Shown: positions 46,282-61,300 of the stretch, piece by piece
How positions within the stretch are numbered: position 1 is the stretch's first letter
How the letters are laid out: every line of letters begins with the position of its first letter
Assembly (NCBI RefSeq): GCF_009914755.1
Contig: NC_060927.1
Reading direction: 5' to 3' (one strand)
Length of the DNA: 64,000 bases
Source: the human T2T-CHM13v2.0 reference genome, Homo sapiens
Program-made: the position numbers and the translations under genes
The notes under the pieces: generated by a model
Seen by the model: only the letters and a program-made list of their open reading frames with translations
Database searches by the model: none
What the model was told of the DNA's origin: nothing

Positions 46282-47744
46282 ATTAATTTTCAAGAACCTT
46301 TCAAAATGCCTTTCCAATGTGACTGCATCATTTTACATTCTCAGCAGTATTGTATGGTTTCAGTTCTTCTCTACCCTTGAAAACACTTGCTATGACAAGT
46401 CTTTAAATTGTATTCATCTTAATAGATATGTAGTGGCAACCCCTTATGAGGACTAATAAAACCTTACTTTGCATTTCCCTAATGACTAATGATGTTCAGC
46501 ATCTTTTCATGTGCTTATTGACCATTCATATGTCTTTTCAATGAAGTGTCCAAATCTTTTGCTCATTTTAAATTGGGTAATCTGTTTTCTTATTATTTAA
46601 TTACAAGAGTTCTTTATATATTTTGGTTACAAGTCCTTTGTCAAATGTATGATTTGCAAATATTTTTCCCAGTCCGTGGCATATCTTTTCATTATCTTCA
46701 TAGTGTTTTTCAAGTAGCAAAAATTTTTAATTTTGATGAAGTCCAATTAATCATACATTTTTATGATCATCCTTTTAGTGTAGTAGTATAGTAAGAAATC
46801 TTTGCCTAACCCAGCCTCACAAAATTTTTTTTACTATATTTCTTTTTACAAGTTTTATAGTTGAATGTCTGTTGAGTTTTTGTATAAGTATGAGATATAT
46901 GTAGAAAGTCATTTTGCATACAGATATCCAATTGTTTCAACATGTTTTCTTGAAAGACCATTCTTTCTCTGCTGAATATCATTTACCACCCCCACCCCCA
47001 CTGCAAAAAGAAATCAGTTGTCTGTAGTATATATGTAGGTGTATCCTGAGACTCTATTCCCTTCCACTGATCTATTTGCCTATTTATGCCAGTACAATAC
47101 TGTCCTGATAACTGCAACTTGATGAGTCTTGCAAATAAGCCATACTAGACCTCCATGTTTGTTCTTCTTTTTGAAAGTTGTTTTGGCTGTTCTAGGTCCT
47201 ACATATTTCCATAGGAATTTTACAATCAACTTGACAATTTCTATTAAAATTATGCTAGGATTTTGACGGGGGAGTATGTTGAATCTCCTGATTAAATTTG
47301 GGATAATTTACACCTCAAGATTAAATATTTCAACCAATGGACATTTATTTAGTTTTTCTTTAATTTCTCCTAGCAATGTCTTACAGTTTTCAGTGTATTT
47401 GAATTTCACGTATTTAGTTTGATTTATCTCTAGGTATGTCATAATTTTTAATGTCATTGTCAATGACATTGCTTTTTAATTTCCATTCTACATTGTTCAT
47501 TGCTAATACACATAAATAAAGTGGATATTTGTCTATTGGTCTTCTATTTTGCAATCTCTCTAAACTCACTAGTTCTCGTTTCTTTCCATAGATTTCGTCA
47601 GATTTTCTACATAAAATTTTACTTCTTCCTTTGCAATCTGGGTGCCTTACTGCACTGGATAGTGCAATGCAAAGTTGAATAGGAGTGGTAAGCACACAGC
47701 TTCTTAGACTGTGAGTTTATAGCTTCCAACAAATTTGGGGATAA

Positions 47745-48057
<313 letters not shown>

Positions 48058-50338
48058 CTCTTCAACTATTTTTATTCTTCGCTCCTGACTTTGGGGATTC
48101 CAGCTACATGTAGATTATGTTGCTTGAAGTTATCTCCCAGCTCACTGATGCTCTTTTCTTCCTTCCTTCTTCCCTCCCTGCCTTCTTTCCTTCCTTCTTC
48201 TCTTTGTCTTTTTCTCTCTTTTTTTCTTCTATTCATTCTCTTTTTCATTTTGGATAGTTTTCATTGCTATGTCTTCAAGTTCATTCTTTCCTTTTACAAT
48301 GTCCAAAGTGCCATTAATCCCATCCAGTATGTTTTTCTTCTCAGACACTATAGTTTTCATTTCTAAAAATTCAATTTGAGCCTTGTTTTATATATGCTAT
48401 GTCTTGACTTAAGTTGTTTAACATATGAAACAGTTATAATAAATATTTTTAAGTCTTTGTCTGATAATTTTAACATCTATGTTAGCTCAAGTTATTGATT
48501 TTTCCCCCCTCTTCAAATGTGTCATACTGTTCTGTGTCTTTTCTTGCCTGATAATTTTTTATTGGATGCCAGATGTGAATTTTACCTAATTGGGTGCAGA
48601 ATTTTTTTACTATTATTATTCCCACAAATATTCCTGAGCTTTGTTCTTGGATGCAGTTAAGTTACTTGGAAATAGTTTGATCTTTTAGAGTCTAGCTTTT
48701 AAGATTTGTTAGGTGGTACCTGAGCAATGTTTATTCCAGAGCTAATTAATCCTCATTAATGAGACAAGACCCTTCTAAGTACTCTGATCAATGTCCTGTG
48801 AATCTTGAGGTTTTCCAGTCTAGCTAGTGGCAACAGCACTGTTGCCAGCACTGTGTGAGGGCTGACTACTGTTTTCTCATCTCTTGGGTTTTGCCTCCCT
48901 GTGCTTCAGGCTGCAAACTCTCTCAACGCAACAGTCTGGGCAATCTTTTTTGGGGGGTGGTGTGGAGGGCTGGAAGCAGCAGCAGTCTTCAACTCTTTGA
49001 ATTAGTTTTTTATGCTCCTTTACTTGCCATCAAATGTTTTTAATGCTATATTTTCCTCTAAGAACAACTTTAGCACTTTTACTATCATTCATTTCTAAGT
49101 ATTTTTAAATTTTTATTATGATTTTTACCTAAGTTAGGCTTGCTGTGTCTCTAGGCTTATGAAATGCTTAAACTATCATGTAGGAGAATGTCATTTTTGA
49201 TATTCTTTTGTATTTAACGCTTGTTTTATGAATTAGTACCTGCTTAATTTGGGGAATATTCCACGTATGGCTAAAAACAATAATACTTTTTTTGTTTGAT
49301 ATACAGTTCTCTTCATATACATTTATCTCTATTAGCTTGAATCTTCAGATCAATTTATTCAGATGTTCTATATTTGTGGTTAATTTTTTTCTTATTGATC
49401 CAACACATTCTGAGAGGAGTATACTAAATCTTTCATCTACAGTGTTTTATTCATTTTTCTCCTTAACTCCAGTTGTTGCTTAGTATGTTTTGAGGCTATA
49501 TTCTTAGATGGATATTAAACATTCATTACCATTATATCTTCTTTATCTTTTATCTTTACCATTATATCTTCTTTATCTCTTATTTCTTTGTCAGGCTTCT
49601 AACTTACCTCTTTGCCCATTGTGATTTTTTCTCCCTTCTATTGAAATGGTACCAAAAAGTCCTCTTTTTCTCCATCTGTTGAAATGGTTACCACCGTTTT
49701 CTTTTGGTTCATTATTTTTTCTTTCTTATCACTTCATTTTCAAACTCTGTATCCTTTTGTTTATGTGCTTCTTATAAAGAACATATTGCTAGAACTTGTT
49801 TTCTCTAACAAACATCAGTCTTTCATTTTTGAATTTAACATGTTTATATGTATTGTAAAACCATTTATTAACACTTGTCCTTGCTAACTTGTTTCCTGTT
49901 TTCTATATATTCTGTTTTCCTCATCATTTTTTCCCTGCTGATGGCTTGAGAGTTCTGCATACAATTTTCATTATTTTGATGGTTACAACTACTTTATTAA
50001 GATCCATGTATATTACTATGCTTCCATTATAAATTTCTTAAGCCTACAAATAAACTATTCTCTGAATAAGACAGCTACCGTGGCTTGCTCTCCCCTCTCT
50101 CTTGTTATACTCTTAGATCAGAGCCCCTTTCCCCTGCCACAACACTTGCTTGTTGATGTCATCTGGAATTTTGTTCTGGATTGTTAAGATTGTGTGTTGT
50201 TTTCATCCCTGCTTTTATACACAAAAGTAAACTTTGCTATGTTATTTATTTATCCTCATTTAGCAAATATAATAGGACTCATTTTTCTTTTGTTGGAAAA
50301 CTTCCTCTAAGAGTGTTCTCTAGAAGGTCCATGCTGAG

Positions 50339-50667
<329 letters not shown>

Positions 50668-51588
50668 TTAAAATGATAGCTATCTGTCTTTCACAGTACA
50701 TTGTATTTCTGAGGTGTCTTGTTTTTCCCCCTCTACTTATGCAGCCTGTGGTATTAGCTTATCTGGGTAGTAAAGTGGATTCTGGGATAAAGCTGCACCC
50801 AGACCCTCGGAGAAGGGTTGGGTGTTTGAGCCTCTTGCCTCACAACAGGCGTGGCTGTATCATATTTTCCACCTCCCTGCCAGCTGAACCCAACCCTCAA
50901 GGAATTTGCTTGTGCTTCGAATTTGGACACTACTCTTTTCCAAGAGCAGTCTCCCTTAGTGGGATTTTCTATATATCAAAGAATAGAAGAAGAGAGGAGG
51001 AGAAAGAAATGCTTGATGGGGCTTATCTCTGCCTATGTTTTCCCCACTCTACCTGGGTGCCAGTAATAGTAAACTATTACTTCTCAGTTTCTAGGCTCAT
51101 ATCCACTCCTGAGAAGAAAGGTCACCTCCTCTCATCATCACCGTTATCTCTTGTTAAGAGTGCTTTTTGGGTACAGATTTCTTTGTATCTGGCTTAATCC
51201 TGAAAAACCTAGATCAGGAGTTTTCCATTTCAGAATCCCTCTGAACTTATTTGGGGTCTCTGACATTTACCCCAGGTGGGGCGCTGTGTTGGGTACTTCT
51301 CAGACTCAAGCTTCTAAGTTGTAGTCATCTTTGCTCCAAATTTTGCTTCCTACCTGCTGATCAAACTCCATTCTTTATGGTTGGAGACATTGCTTTCCAT
51401 CCTGCTTCCCTACTCGGAGGTTCATAGAATAAATTCTGTTGGAGATTTTGAGATGATGTTCACAACTCTTCCCAAACAAAGTCCAAGCCCAGAATCTCCA
51501 AGCCTCAGCTCTCAAGGCACAAATTGATGATTTTTAGAGTTTCAAATATAGTATTGTCAGATTCAAACCATGGCTCTTGTGTAACTTG

Positions 51589-52067
51589 TATGCACTATGG
51601 ATTGTGTTTAGAAGAAATTTTATTTTGCTGGGTCTTCTAGGCAACTCCACAGTCTTCAATGGCTTCACTTCAGGAAAGATGTGTAGGAAGTTGACACAGG
51701 AAGAAGGCATTTGACCTCTTTATGGACCTCAGCTACAAATAAGTTCAAATAATTTGTATTAACCTAAAAAAGTTGTCATCTTTGGAAACTATCCCTGGGG
51801 GAATCATCTAGGTTTTTCTGCTTACCCCTTGCCACTTCCTTTCTCTCTAATGCTGATTGTGTTGATTATTATTTATTAGCGAGACCTGAGATTTCTCCCT
51901 GAGCAGAGACACCCTAAGAGTAGCTGAGGTCCGTAAAGAGGTGAAATGCCTTCTTCCTGTGCCAACTGATTACATCTTTCCTGAAGTGAAGCCATTGAAC
52001 GCTGTGGGATTGCCTGGAGAAGACCCACCAAAATAAAATTTCTTCCAGACACAATCCATAGTGCATA
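51589..52067. repeat. Long inverted repeat: arms 51589-51736 and 51920-52067, 183-bp spacer
   Basis: The reverse complement of the right arm aligns end to end with the left arm (about 85-90% identity by eye). Confidence 0.95.
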
Positions 52068-52759
52068 AAAATTAATCAAGTCCTACCATGACTTGCTTTA
52101 TTCATAATACTTAATGGTCATGTAATAGGAGTTTTTATTCAGCAGTTAAAGTTCATAAGTGCGGGTTTTACAAGGAGATAGGTATTATGCTGATGGTTTA
52201 ATTACACACATTTTTGCACACCAAAGGAAATGGGTTATGCAGGTTCTGTAATTAAGAAGGACTTCTGAGACAGAATGAACCTAGGGTCAACTGATCTTTT
52301 TGAAAATGTTTATTTTTAAATTAGTAACTCTGAAAATGTCCAACCTTGGAAATTATACTTGAGATTAGAAGTTGCGTATATATATAAACAACATTGTCTT
52401 TCTCTCCCCATCCTCCACACAGAATTTTTCTAGTTCTCATGTTAAAAATTAAAGTTTTTTTTGTTTTGTTTAATGAACTTAACACTGAGTAGTTATAACA
52501 ATCTCCTTTAAGGCTAGCATAGGAGATTTTTTTCCCAAGGACATCAATTTCAGTTCATTAAGCAAGTCACCTGGTGTTGGGCCAAAAATGAGTCATCTGA
52601 ATCTCCAAATTTTTGATTTCATTGAATCCAAACTATTCGATTTCTCCAAATTAGATTCCATTTTCATCAGACAAGGATTTTCTATCTTCTCTGTGTTACT
52701 GAAACTGAAATATAATGGACTCTTTCCTGCCCTTACCTAACCCACACCCCTGCACGTAC

Positions 52760-53670
52760 GCAGCTCTGACCTCTGAACTCCAGGCTCCTTTAGTCAGCTG
52801 CCTATTCAACATCTGTAGTTGGTTAGAAAGCCTCATGGTCTTAAAAGTCCAAAAGAATATTCTGCTATTACTTGAAACCTATTTATCCTACAGTCTCAGA
52901 TTAGTACATGGCAACCCTATTGTTTCAGTTTATTACACCAACACGTTTGGGGTCTCCATTGACCCTTTTCATCTCTCACACCTGACACCACATTCAGCAG
53001 CAAATTCCATCAAGTCATTTTTCAACATATAATGTCTTCTTGCCATCTGTCATCTCTACTGCTACCCTATAGGTCCCAGCCACCCTCTATCTCATAAGGG
53101 ACCCCTCTTCTTCCACATCTGCTTCCCCATGTTTACTCTGCAGCAGCCAGTGTTCTTCTCTAAAAATTCACATCAGTTGATGTCATATTTGTGCTCCCAA
53201 TCCGCCAGTGGCTTTCATCTACCCAGAGGAAAATCCAGTGTCCTCGCAATGGGGCCATTGCTACATGGTGCCACCTGCTCCCCATAACCTCCTATGACCC
53301 TCTTCCACACTCTTTTTGCTCCAATCTCAGAATTTTTGCCTCTTTGTTCTTTCTGCCTAGGACGTTCTTTTCCATGATATCCACCTAGTTTGCTTCCTTC
53401 AGAAGTCCTTGTTCAAAAGTCACTTCCCCATTGAGGCCTTTACCATGGCAACTACTCTACCAGCCCACTCCCCAATGCTTTCTGTTCCCCTTCCCTGCTT
53501 TATTTTTCTACCAACCACTTATCATCATCTAATTTACTGTTGTCTGTTTCCCCTCTCTAGAAAGTAAGTTTCAGAAGGAAGGGATTTTTTTCTGCTTTGT
53601 TTACTGAATCCCCAGAGCCTAACAAGGTGTCTGACATACAGTAGGCATTCAATATAACTGTTTGTTAAAT
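52760..53670 (+). mobile_element. L2 3' fragment
   Basis: Pyrimidine-rich body ending gtctgacatacagtaggcattcaata...tttgttaaat. Confidence 0.75.
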
Positions 53671-54388
53671 CAATAGTCTAAGGTATCACTAGATTATAGC
53701 CATTTGAGGGCCATGACTTAAGTCTTTCGATGGTGTTAAACATTATAAGCAACACAATGCTTAACATTACAGGGGTAGTGGACAACTATTGTTTTGACCT
53801 CCCTGGTAATACTGCTTTTTAGGGGAACAGTTTTACCCGCACTCAATGTGATTCTGGTAAGGCTGGCAAATATATGTCTCACAGGCATGGCCACTTGGAA
53901 GACACACCCTTCCCCACTGTTGTTGGTCATTGTGATTGTCTAAGAGTGCAATGCATGATCCAGGTTGGGTCAATCATAGTCCTTCTCTAGACTTTTCCAA
54001 TGGTGAAAACGGGAGACATTGACTTTGGGTCCACAGGACAAGGCACTACCTGTGGCCATCTTCTTTTCTTCGTAGAGGAAACCAGGGACAATATTCAAAA
54101 CATTCAACAGCTTGTATGGCATGGGCAGCAATCAGTCAGAATTAGACAATGATATCCCCATATAGGTGTGTACAAACTGAGTTTCAGCCATGGAAACACA
54201 CCTGTGGTGGGAGAGTGTGAGGCTTTTACACAGACACAGGCAGTGTTTGTGAGTAGGATGGGTGGGGGGGAGAGAGATGGAGAATATTTCATTAGCGGGG
54301 AAGGAAGCACATAAAATATGTGCCACCTTTGGGTTCATTCTCTGTGTGTCTCATTGTCTTGCTCTTTAGCATATTTTGTGTAATATTC

Positions 54389-54682
54389 TTTTTTTTTTTT
54401 TGAGATGGAGTCTCACTCTGTCGCCCAGGCTAGAGTGAAGTGGTGTGATCTTGGCTCACTGCAACTGCCGCCTCCCAGGTTCAAGTGATTCTGCTGCCTC
54501 AGCCTCCCAAGTATTTGGAACTACAGGCATGCATCACCAGGCCCAGCTAAATTCTGCATTTTTAGTAGAGACAGGGTTTTGTCATGTTGTCCAGGCTGGT
54601 CTCGAACTCCTGACCTCAGGTGATCCACCTGCCTTGGCCTCCCAAAGTGCTGGAATTACAGGTGTGAGCCACTGCACCTGGC
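54389..54682 (-). mobile_element. AluS
   Basis: Full dimer; TSD tgt(a/c)atattctt. Confidence 0.95.
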
Positions 54683-56749
54683 GTTGTCATATTCTTAATT
54701 GACATGTTTATTTAATACCAGAAAGACATTTTTTTGAAAAAAAAAAAAAAAAAAACACACCACTTTTGGAGGCTGTGTTTAGGTGTAGTGACCCCCGCTC
54801 GCTCTGCTTAGCTGTGATTATGCATTTGAGCCCTGCATCTAGTGATGCCTCAAGCCAAGTTCCCTCTGATCAAGCTGTGAGAGAAGTGATATAAAATTCA
54901 TCCAAGTCATTTTTCCATGACCTGGATCAACTATCCCTTTTTGGCATTTTTGATTATGTTGAATTTTGTTAAAGCACAAAACAGTCATTTTACTTCTGTT
55001 CTAGCCCCAAAGAGGTGTCATTCTTAGCCCTGATACCAGTGTATTTGGTAGTCTTAGTTTTATCTGCAAAATGAGAGAAGTATAATTTAGAACATATATT
55101 TAGTGTGTTGCATGGTTCTTTCTCAGGAAGCCGTGATAATGAGTGTTCTAGCCGTTGCTTTTGCCTTGAACATCAACTACCCTATGTTGTCTCTGACATT
55201 TGGAGCTCCAGCCATATAGGCCCCCTTTCAGGTCCTGGAACTTGTAATGTCTCCTCCTGCTATAAGGCCTTAATGCACGTGGTTGCCTTTGTGAAATGCC
55301 CCCCACCCCAGAGTATATTCATTAGGACTCTTTGATTATAAGAGACAGAAAATCAACTCAAATTGGCATATACAAGAGAATTTACTGACTCACATAATTG
55401 AAAATCCAGGCATGTATCTCTAGCTTCAGGAATGGCCAGATCCAGGGACTCAAGTAATTGATCAGTATTTGGTGTGTAGGTACCTCTGTTTCTTGTTTCC
55501 AACTTGGGGTTTAGTCTCCCTTCTTGGCTTTCCATCTTGGTCTTGGTCTCAGATCTAAATCTTGTTCTTAGCTTCCACCTTTGTTTCTTTCTCTTTCATT
55601 TCTGTTTTCCTCTTTTTCCTTTCATTGGGGTCTACCTTTCCCATATTATAGCTCCAGGACCATGTCCTAGTCTATCAATCTTTTCAGGAAGAGTATTTAT
55701 TACAACAATTTTAGTAAAAGTCATGGGATTAGATCTGAGCAGTCAGGCTAACGGTGACAATCCTATTGAAGCAATACTGACAGATAGAAGAAGAGTAGCT
55801 CCTCAAATGAAAAATAAGGGTGCTATAATTGAAGAAAATGGGAATGAATGCAGGGTAACATAAGTCATTGAAATCCACCTAGCTGATTCTTACTCATCTT
55901 TCACATCTTAAACATATTCCCTGATTCCTCCTTGTCAGAGCATAGCTCTGCGTACTGCAACTTCTTGTAACACATGGACTTTCATATTTCTCTGTGAAAC
56001 TGATTAATGCCTGGCTCCCAGCTAGACTGTAAAACACACAAAGACAGGCTGGTTGATGCCACACCCCCCCCCAAAATTCTACCCCATTTATTGAGAATGT
56101 ATTCTATGGCCTACTCTTTACATATATATACTATCTCATTTAATCATTATCATGCTCTTGTAATGTCAGAATTTTGGCTGAAGCTCAGAGAGGTGTAAGT
56201 AAATTGCCAAAAGTTGCGCAGTCATCAAGAGGTCAGGGAGACTGCATTCCACTTGTCTGGCTCCAGTTCCAGGCCTGTCTCTCCCAGCCCCAGCTTCTGT
56301 GTTTCTCTGCCAGGCATGCTCAGGGTGGCTCCACCATGAATGGGACAGAGTGAGTCTTGTCATCAAGGAGCTCATGGTTGCTCTCTGTGTTCCTCCAGGG
56401 ATGCTGGATCCCAGCTAAGGCATGAAATTCTAGATATAAATGTTTTTCTCTACCTATTAGTAAGACTTCTAATGTATGTACCTTATTACATTAAACAGAC
56501 TCAAGGAAGTTGGAGGGCTATTCACCATTGCAGTCAGGACTAGAAATATTCGTCTTTGAGGTGAGGCAAGCCATGAAGACACCATGATACCCCAGTAGAT
56601 ACCCAATAGACAGAGCCTACAATTCAGTCTTGTTCCATGCTGGGGCATGGTTCTCCTGACACACTATTTAACTGTGGGCATGACAGCCTATATAGGGCTC
56701 ACATTTAGATGGTTTTTCTCCACATTATTTGATAACTTCATAACATCTT

Positions 56750-57058
56750 TTTTTTTTTTTAGACGGGGTCTCAGTCACCCAGGCTGGAGTGATACGGAGT
56801 CACCCAGGCTGGAGTGGATATGATCTTGGCTCACTGCAATCTCTGCCTCCTGGGTTCAAGTGATTCTCCTGCCTCAGCCTCCTGAGTAGCTGGGATTACA
56901 GGTGTGTGCTACCATGCCCGACTAATTTTTGTATTTTTAGTATAGATGGGGTTTCACCATGTTGGCCAGGCTGGTTTCGAACTTCTGACCTCAGGTGATC
57001 CACTTGTCTCAGCCTCCCCAAGTGCTGCGATTACAGGTGTGAGCCACTGTGCCCCGCC
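56750..57058 (-). mobile_element. AluS with internal tandem duplication
   Basis: 20-bp TSD tgataacttcataacatctt; agtcacccaggctggagtg occurs twice (56773-56817). Confidence 0.95.
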
Positions 57059-57092
57059 TGATAACTTCATAACATCTTAAAAATTGACGTCA

Positions 57093-57706
<614 letters not shown>

Positions 57707-57799
57707 CTATGAAATACAATGAAATAGTTTACACAGGCAGGCTCTGTTATCTGATTGCAAGGGTTCAAATCCTACCTCTACTCTTCCTAGCAGCATGTT

Positions 57800-58195
57800 T
57801 GTTCACTCATTCATTCAACAAACGTGAGCATTGATTCCTGGTCTTCATGCTGGGAATGCAGCAGGGAACCACAAGGGCAAAGTCTCTGCCCTTGTAGTTG
57901 GAAGGGAGATGTGAGTAAGCAAAGACACAAATGAATATACAATGTTGAGAGGGGTTAAGTGCAATGGAAACAATAAAGAAGGCCGGGGGATGGGGCATGG
58001 AGTGGGGAGTAGAGTGGGCCATGCGAGTGCCATTTACCCTGCACGGTTGGGAAAGGCTTCTCTGCTGGAACATTGCAGTAGGGGACCTGCAGGGAGAAGG
58101 AGGGTGTGAACCACAGAGACAGCCAGGGAGAGAGCATTCCTGGCAAAGGGAAGAGCAACTTCCCGCCCTGAGGCAGAGCATGCTTGGTGGGTTCA
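57800..58195 (-). mobile_element. L2 fragment
   Basis: cactcattcattcaacaaac terminus; gagcattcctggcaaagggaagagc. Confidence 0.7.
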
Positions 58196-60299
58196 GGCCT
58201 CCAAATTCATCAGCTCACAATGGCAAGACGACCAGTGTGGCCAGAGAAGAAGAGATCTTGAGGGGCTGGGCAGGTCTCTTGACCTCGCTGTGCCTCAGTT
58301 TCCCAATCTGAAAGAACTGATTTCAGTAACACCTCCTGAGGAATGACTGAGCTAGACCACATGAAGCACTGGATGGTATTAATTATTGTTAGATGGTAAC
58401 TGCAATGATGACTTAGTGTATTTTTTTTTTAATGTTTTTTGCCTCCCTCTGCTTGGAAAGTCTCATACCTCTCATACCCCAGATCCTGCCAGAGCGCTAT
58501 TCCCTTTGCTTAGAACATTCCCTCCCTCCCTCTAGCCGGCAGAGCCTTAGCCATCTTTTGGGTTTCAGTTAAACCTTGCATGTTCCAGGAAGCTTCCCTG
58601 ATGGTCCCCAGTGGAAGCAGGCGGTCTTCCTGTGTATTCCTGTACTTGCCCTCTCATTGGCACTGCGTGCACTGCAACTCCTCCCTGTGAACCATTAGGT
58701 ACAATGAGGCCAAGCCTGTGTCTATCTTATTCTGAGCTGTAGGTCGTTTAACGCCTTTAAAGCTTCTTTGTGGGTGAGTAGATGGATGGATGAATAGATG
58801 AGTGGATAGAAACATGTATGCTAGTGAAATTTCCTTCCGACAGGGCAAGTTACAAGGCAGGATTTGATAAGACTATTTCAGAATATTGGTTGAAATATGA
58901 AGTGCCACACTACTCTTTTATGCTGAGACTATGGATTTCATCAAGAGAAGTCCCCAAGGGAGAATATGTTATTAAAACTTTAGAACTTTAAAATTGGAAG
59001 AAACCCTTTTCATCATTTAGTTAAATGTCAATTAACAGAGGAAGCTGAGGACCAAAGAGATGAAGGAACTTTGCTAACGTCACCCAGTTTCTTTTGGTTA
59101 GGGCTGGAACTGGTAGCCTGGTATGTGGATTCTCTAGCGTTTGATTTCAGAGTGTGCTGGGCACGGTCTACTTCTAGGATCCCAGGATCCAAACACTGAA
59201 TGGATCATGGATCTACTGAAGGAAGGAGCTGTGCAGGGGTGGGAGGGACTGCTAGGCTGTGTTCTTGAGGTGAGTGTTTTTAGATGTGATGCATTTTGTG
59301 GGAAGGAAATCAGTACTTTATGTATATGGCTACTAAACCCTTCAGCCCAGCTGAACACTTTAAAAAATTATTTTTGTTTTTTAGATTCAGGGGGTACATG
59401 TGCAGTTTTCTTACACAGCCAGCTGAATACTTCTAAAGAATTTAAATTTCTGGTCAGACAAATAATGCTCCGACCTGTTTGGCAGATTTTTTTTTTTCTA
59501 TCCATAGAGTCCTAAAGTAGCAAGCTTGATTTGAAAAGAAATTATTAGTAAACATTTGAAAATGTGAAACAAATTATTCCCCAAACACTTAGCTCCTTCC
59601 TTCAAATACACGCTTGAAAAATGCTAAAATCTATTCTGCGAGAATGCTTGAATCTCTCCCTAAATCATAACACGGGTAAACTTACCGAACTATTTTTACA
59701 ATTTTATTAGAGGTTTTAATTCACTGCTTTATCTATCTCTGTTAGACTGCAAAATAGCTTTAAATATTCAAGTGGTAATTAATGAATCTTTTATGTTGCA
59801 AATCAAACATTTTTCATCTGTGCACTGGTGGAGTAGCAGTGAGGAAGGATTTAAAGAGTAATTGTTCCCCCTCTTCCCCACTGGTGACCAGCATCTACGT
59901 TACGTTTTGGGGAAAGTGGGCTTGTGTTCCCTGCCCAGTGGGGTGAATGCGCAGTGTGAATGATGTCTGATGTCTTTCGGGAGGTCAGGATTTCTTGACA
60001 TGTTTCTTGCCAGAGACATTCCCGACTAGATGGAAAGTCTTTGAATGTGGAATTTTTGCTTGAGTGCAAAATAATAAAAAGCATGTGTATGTTTGAAAAA
60101 AAAAAAAAGGATCAGCTTAATGGCAAAAGAGCATTGGCTTACATTAATATTCTATTACAGTAAAAACTTCTGTTTAATAAATTTTCTCCAGACTTTTTTC
60201 CTCCAGAATCTCACATATTTTTCTAAGTGGCATGCCAACCTAAAGAAAGTATATATGATACATTTGATTGATGTTAAGTCAATAGCGTGCAAAAGCCAT

Positions 60300-61300
60300 T
60301 TAAAATTGTATTTTAAGTGTAGAAATATAAACCCAAGGAAACATGTATAGTACCCTATATTGAAAAGGGGAAAAAGGGTTAGCTTTTCAGGGGCTGAAAT
60401 GCCTTGTAAATATTATTCTGTTTAGAAGATAGTTTTAAAATGTGGCGTTTTATGTCCAATAGTAAGAAAGCAAGTCTGAAATCCTGCGATTTAGTTTAAA
60501 ACCCAAAATCAAGCTGGTATTAAAGACTTCGCATAACAAAATAGTTTTCCTTTTCTCTCTCTGTCACTAATGAGAAATGAGCCAGTGAGAGCAGCCCTTC
60601 AGAACTTTCACAAAGGACTGACAAATTCTTGATTGGATGCCATATCGGCCACCCTCTGCTGTTCTATGGCCCTAATTAATACTGGGCTTGGTGACATTTA
60701 TGTATCAGAGCAGTAAGCTAAACAGGAAACAATTTATGTCACCTAAAGCTTTTTAACAAATCGATGCAACTATTTGTAATTGCTTGTTTCACAAGATTAA
60801 AAGTGCTAAGGCCTGATCTTCGCCCACGGATTTGTGGTCAACATGACCTGTGCTTCCGTTGTTTAAAAAAGAAAGAAAGAAAGAAAGAAAGAAAGAGTTG
60901 GTGATCAGCACTGACTTCCATCAAGTAATCCATATTGCTAATATTTCTGGAATTTTAATGTAGTTACAATTTATAGCCGATCAAATGTGGTTACCTAAAT
61001 TGCTGTTGCTAGTAGACAGTTTAACTGTCTTTATTAATTACAGTATAATTTAATGTTTGAGTACCGGCACTTGTGTTGGTCATTTTTACAGCTCGAGCAG
61101 TTATCTGCCTTATGACGAACCATTTTAGCATTTTCAATGGAAATTTGCTAATATGATGAGTGATAAAAATGTCACACGCTGGTAAATAATGATTATTGCT
61201 TTGGCTGAAATTAATTCTTGAAAGGCCGGTTACCTTCAAATTAACATTATAACTTGAAGCTTGTCTTTTTCCCTTCACAATATTTTCAATATAAACCAAA
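60300..61300. promoter_or_regulatory. Candidate conserved developmental enhancer
   Basis: No recognisable TE; retained CpGs; clustered TAATTA, TGACA/TGTCA, ACAAAG/AACAAT and an RFX-like GTTGCTAGTAGAC. Inferred from motifs only. Confidence 0.4.
60871..60895 (+). repeat. (GAAA)6 microsatellite
   Basis: Directly visible. Confidence 0.9.

Noticed and set aside
50673-51197. 174-aa ORF, the longest non-L1 ORF
   Set aside because: No recognisable domain and composition typical of random T-rich DNA; no other support for coding.
51268-51287. CTCF-like ccccaggtggggcgctg (also ~35991-36005)
   Set aside because: Spacing does not fit the CTCF core without indels; not supportable without ChIP data.
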